From assembly GCA_044866075.1 (NCBI GenBank), contig JBIOTQ010000115.1, positions 10,607 through 74,606 of the forward strand: a stretch of 64,000 nucleotides of DNA, written 5' to 3'. Source of the DNA: Actinomycetota bacterium (GTDB lineage: Bacteria > Actinomycetota > AC-67). A program made the translations under genes and the position numbers. This document shows positions 63,374 to 64,000 of the stretch, one piece after another. Positions within the stretch are counted from its first letter, which is position 1, and every line of letters starts with the position of its first letter. The notes under the pieces were generated by a model that saw only the letters and a program-made list of their open reading frames with translations, was not told the DNA's origin and did not search any database.

Positions 63374-64000
63374 ACAGCGGGCGTCGGCGTCAAACCGAAA
63401 TGCGCGACCGCGCGCGCAGAATCCGCGACGGCGTCCCGTCCGAACAACGAGATCAATTCGCGAGGCTGGCGCGATATTCGCCTCGCCTTCCCTCCCGTCC
63501 GCTCGGCGAGTTCCCCCATCGTGAGGACCTCCGGACCACCGAGTTCCCACGTCTCGCGGATTTCGGCCTCGCGCGTATCCGCCGCCACGAGGGCGGCGAC
63601 GACGTCGGCCAGAGCACTGGGATTCGTCCTCACGTCGCGAGACGAGGCTGGAATGCCGCGCTCCAAGAACCTGCTGAGAGACGATCCTGGTGCGAGGATC
63701 GGAGCACAGCGAAAGATCGCATGCTGGATGGGCGCCTTAATGATCGCCTCTTCGGCGAGACCCTTCGCGGCAAGGTAGGGGTCCGGAGAAACAGGATCGG
63801 CTCCGATCGGCGAGAGGAACAGCATCCGCGTGACCTCCGCGTTCTCCGCCGCGCGCAGCGCGACCTCTGTGGTTTCGAGGTTCAACCACTCCACGGTCAC
63901 ACCGCGCTCCGGGGTCGGTCCGCCGGTCAGATGGACGAGCGTGTGCACTTGCTCGAGAGCGGACTCGAGCCGACCCTCATGGTCGGCCTCCCCAACCGCG
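63370..64000 (-). CDS. NmrA-like/NAD(P)H-binding family protein, C-terminal part (N-terminus beyond window end)
   Basis: The ORF runs off the 3' end of the window. C-terminal region of the atypical-SDR/NmrA family. Confidence 0.5.
   Translation of the reverse strand, partial: AVGEADHEGRLESALEQVHTLVHLTGGPTPERGVTVEWLNLETTEVALRAAENAEVTRMLFLSPIGADPVSPDPYLAAKGLAEEAIIKAPIQHAIFRCAPILAPGSSLSRFLERGIPASSRDVRTNPSALADVVAALVAADTREAEIRETWELGGPEVLTMGELAERTGGKARRISRQPRELISLFGRDAVADSARAVAHFGLTPTPAV

Overview
This is a high-GC (~70%) actinobacterial chromosomal segment dominated by core biosynthesis and translation genes, with small accessory and cell-envelope islands in between. Gene content and order mirror the mycobacterial Rv2986c to Rv3039c neighbourhood (established knowledge, not a search result).

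Core genes: leuB (5' fragment), leuC-leuD, ilvB-ilvN-ilvC, ilvD, serA plus a class-V aminotransferase, leuA, aceE, gatC-gatA-gatB, ligA, mnmA and a cysteine desulfurase.

A nearly identical ~60-nt hairpin + U-tract leader element sits immediately upstream of both the ilvBNC operon and leuA. The ilv copy is preceded by a 16-codon leader peptide, MKPEEMRSASVLVVVI, a classic Val/Leu/Ile attenuator. The leuA copy is preceded by four consecutive Leu codons and a stop, but I could find no canonical start codon for them. An isochorismatase-family hydrolase sits between the ilv attenuator and ilvB.

Accessory content:
- A methylglucose-lipopolysaccharide (MGLP)-like cluster: methyltransferase, GH57 branching enzyme, GT4 glycosyltransferase, hexapeptide acyltransferase, a second methyltransferase and echA.
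- An uncharacterised cluster: a zinc-ribbon peptide, two tandem DUF4234 membrane paralogs and a convergent lipoprotein with a proline-rich tail.
- A YtrA-like GntR regulator translationally coupled to a novel membrane protein, behind an AT-rich repeat region.
- A small membrane protein sitting in the gatCAB operon between gatA and gatB, with GTGA overlaps at both ends.
- Envelope genes: an LPXTG-anchored BNR-like protein, a PGRP-type amidase and a secreted protein with beta-sandwich repeats.

Many adjacent genes overlap start and stop codons (ATGA, GTGA, TGATG), which suggests extensive translational coupling. I saw no rRNA, tRNA, CRISPR array, transposase or integrase. Many long ORFs in the track are antisense or alternate-frame artefacts of the high GC content. 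The ORF track labels GTG and TTG starts as M. I re-derived starts from the sequence where I could.
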